From the human T2T-CHM13v2.0 reference genome, Homo sapiens, in NCBI RefSeq assembly GCF_009914755.1, contig NC_060925.1: a stretch of DNA of 64,000 nt; one strand, 5' to 3'. Both the position numbers and the translations under genes were made by a program. Within the stretch, counting starts at the first letter, position 1, and the number at the start of each line of letters is the position of its first letter. This document shows, one piece after another, positions 60,557-64,000 of the stretch. The notes beneath the pieces are model-generated. The model was not told the DNA's origin. It searched no databases and saw only the letters and a program-made list of their open reading frames with translations.

Positions 60557-60643
60557 TCATGGCCATATACTCTTACCAACACTGGATATTTTAATTTTCT
60601 GCGATATAGTACATTTGATAGCAACAAATGATAACTTATTTAA

Positions 60644-61444
<801 letters not shown>

Positions 61445-62364
61445 TGATGTGTCAAACCTTTTGAAAAGGTTTTTTGCCCATATAAAGATTTTAATTTTTA
61501 TGCATTCACATCTATCAGTGTTTTAGTTTATGATTTCTGCCTTTGATGTGGTACTTAGAAAGGCCTCTCCCACAACAAAATTATGGAAACGTTCATGCAT
61601 GTGTTCTGAACATTTTTTATGGCTTCATTTTTTAACCTTTAACTCTTTAATCTATCTGGAATTGATTGTATGTATCTTTGTAAACTGCTTTAAATTCCCT
61701 TTGAAATGGAAGTGATTAATTCATTAATTAACATGGCAAGGAGGGGAAGCTGGTGAAGGGGGAAGGGTTGAAGATACAAGAGAGAAGGGGATAATTAATG
61801 AGTCAAGGTCTGGAAGAGACAAGATCAAGTGCTGTTGACAGGGCCTGCACAAGGAACTGCCTTGAACCAAAGGTGGGACACTCAGTCTCTTTTAGACGAG
61901 GGTGGCAGGAGGTGGCAGAGGTCAGTTTTGTCATGGGGGGAGGTGGGTAGGGAATGGGCTGGAGAGGAAGACTGTGAGCCAAGTGACAAATGCCCAGTGA
62001 CTATGGGGGTGGGGACAGCAGGGAGGGCCCAGGGAATGGCAGGAGCCTCAAGGGGCAGCATTTGCCAATTTACAAGTTTATGATCTGGGGGGACTGTGAT
62101 TGGCCCTCCCACCCTTGGGCCCCAGCAGCATGTGGAAGAAGGTTGCACTGCACTGGAGAGTGTCCTATGAAGAGAGCCAGGGGTCAGCTGCAGTGATGAG
62201 AGGAAGGAACATGCAGGGCAGAGGCCGAGAGCATGAGGAAACTTGTTTAGTGTGGAGGACATTCTAGACTCGGGGTACTAGGAAAGGCCTGAGGGGGAGG
62301 AGCTGTGAGAAGGAGAGTCTGTCCCCAATCAGTGAACAGGAACAGAGTCAAAGAAAGTTAAATG

Positions 62365-62500
62365 AAGCCCATTTGTACAGCACATTGCAATTCACAAAGC
62401 ACTTTCCCATATGTGCTTGCAGATGAGCCTCATAACAGCTTTTCAGAGCAGAGAGGGAAAGGGATTTGCCCAGAGTCCAGCGGGTAGCCAGTGACCCAGT
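62365..62500 (-). mobile_element. MIR fragment
   Basis: TTCACAAAGCACTTTCCCATAT...GGATTTGCCCAGAGTC. Confidence 0.55.
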
Positions 62501-62607
62501 CACAATGCGAACCAGGAGTGCCAGTGCCCAGTCTGGGTGCTCGAGCCTCCCCACAGACCCCAACATCCTCTTTCTACACTCAAGGATGGAAGCTTGTGGG
62601 GATGTGC

Positions 62608-62672
62608 CTGACGGTCTTTTTTTGCCCTCTCTCCCTGCAGGACAGTAGCCCACACTTCCAGCCTTGCAGACC
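62608..62672 (+). other. NAV1: 3' splice site and 32-nt 5'UTR portion of the NAV1-like exon (exon starts 62641)
   Basis: Branch-point-like CTGAC 62608-62612, polypyrimidine tract TCTTTTTTTGCCCTCTCTCCCTGCAG ending 62640, in-frame TAG 62646-62648 upstream of the ATG. Confidence 0.8.
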
Positions 62673-63394
62673 ATGAATGGGATGGCCAATGTGAATCCCG
62701 CCAGCCGCCCTCACTACGCCTCCGCCATCCCGGTGCCTCGTGCCTCTTCCCAGACCAGGATTCCTACACCGGGCGCTTCTCCCCAGCTGCGGCCACGCCA
62801 GGCCGGCCTGGCCCTGAGCCCACAGAGAGCAGCCTCCCCCAGACTGGGAAAGGCTGCAGGTCCTTCTAGAAACTCCTCTCCTAGGGCCTTCCGGGGGAGA
62901 GGCTCTCCCAAGTTTGCTGGGGCGGTGAGGGAGTCAGCTGAGGATGGGGAAGGCCCCTTCAGCTCCCCATGGAATAGTCCCAGGACAACCCCGAAAGCAG
63001 CCCTCTCCAGCCGGGCTGGATCCGGAAGAATTGGCGAGAGACAAGGCACCCAGGGAAAGAAGAAAAAAGCCCAGGAAGGGACTCCAGTCTGCCAGACCCG
63101 GGGCAGAAGCCCTTCTCGGACGAGCTTTCACGGAGAAACTCAAATACCAGGGGCTCCGGAAGGTCGGAAGCCTCCAAGCTGCCCAGGAAAAGACCAAAGA
63201 GATATAAACTACAAAAGTTCTGGGACCCCCAGGTCTTTGGAGCCTGATGAGGGGGCAGCTTCGTGGGCTTCCTCTCCAGTCTGCAGCCCAGTGCAGGGCA
63301 AGCGCCCCTCTCCCTCTCCGGGGGCCATTAGCTTCTCCTCAGTCCATCAGCAGAGTCAGCCAGTCACAGCCACGGTGGCCCCCTTCCAGTACAG
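62673..63394 (+). CDS. NAV1: Coding part of an upstream exon of neuron navigator 1 (alternative long N-terminus; 240 codons plus 2 nt, continues beyond the window)
   Basis: Open frame from ACCATG (62673) to donor CAG|GTGAGC (63394/63395). Ends in VTATVAPFQYR, matching the TATVAPFxYR motif of NAV2/NAV3. Basic S/P-rich composition with SAIP and TRIP motifs. Paralogue assignment is from recall, not a search. Confidence 0.85.
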
Positions 63395-64000
63395 GTGAGC
63401 TGGGGAGCAGGCAGGGAGGGAAGGGGGAAGAGCCATGCTGGGACCAAGGGGCAAGCCGGAAGAGGACAGGGACCCTGGTGATCAGTGGCTGGTAAAGACC
63501 AGAGGGCCCCAGGCGATACAAAAAGAAGTTAGGTAGGTGGAGGCCTACAGAGTTGGGGGCTTGGAGAGCTGAGATGGGATTGGGACCATAAAAGGGGACG
63601 CTGACTGAAGCTCTGATCTTTCTCGACTGTGGGGAATCCACAACAAAAAGAGTCTCATAAGGAGGGTACCCCTAAAATGTCCATTTTTGCTCTCTGGAAC
63701 AATATAAAGATTGGGATGTCGTGGAAGCTTAAGCAGCTAGATACATAGGCAGTGTCAGTCTCACCCAATTCATTGTGGGACATTTGCCAACATTGTGAGT
63801 TAGACCAACTCTATTGGCTTGGGCACTGCGCCTTTACTTAGTAAGTAAAATCTACACTGCTTGTTGCACTCATACCTTGTACCTGTCTGTCTGTCTCTCA
63901 CTCGTTTGCTCACTCCATTTGCTATAGTGCCTTGTGCATATCTGCTTATGTGCCTGGCATATCAGGAATTAGTAATGCTTTAGACAGACAGGTGTTGACA

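Noticed and set aside
62664-62672. ORF-track start at 62664 (MQT...)
   Set aside because: This is a TTG codon; the first ATG is at 62673 in an ACCATG context

Overview
Primate (very likely human) genomic DNA, mostly intronic and repeat-rich: about 33 Alu/FLAM elements, old L1M, L2, MIR and CR1/L3 fragments, several MaLR/ERVL solo LTRs and microsatellites. The only convincing coding sequence is a large + strand exon at 62641-63394 (ATG 62673). It encodes a basic Ser/Pro-rich segment ending in TATVAPFQYR, a motif I recognise from the neuron navigator family, so the window is most likely the 5' region of NAV1, upstream of the classic MLGSSVK first exon. The most interesting items are: (i) this alternative N-terminus with tandem SxIP/TxIP EB-binding motifs; (ii) a candidate 111-nt Alu-derived 5'UTR exon (28313-28423) whose donor is built from the Alu target-site duplication and which carries a uORF; (iii) a tiny polyadenylated LTR12/ERV9 retrocopy with a TSD; and (iv) candidate neural cis-elements (compound REST site in a CpG patch, paired RFX X-boxes, octamer/E-box composite). 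I see no evidence of a wholly new multi-gene system. Repeat subfamily calls are by eye and their boundaries are approximate.
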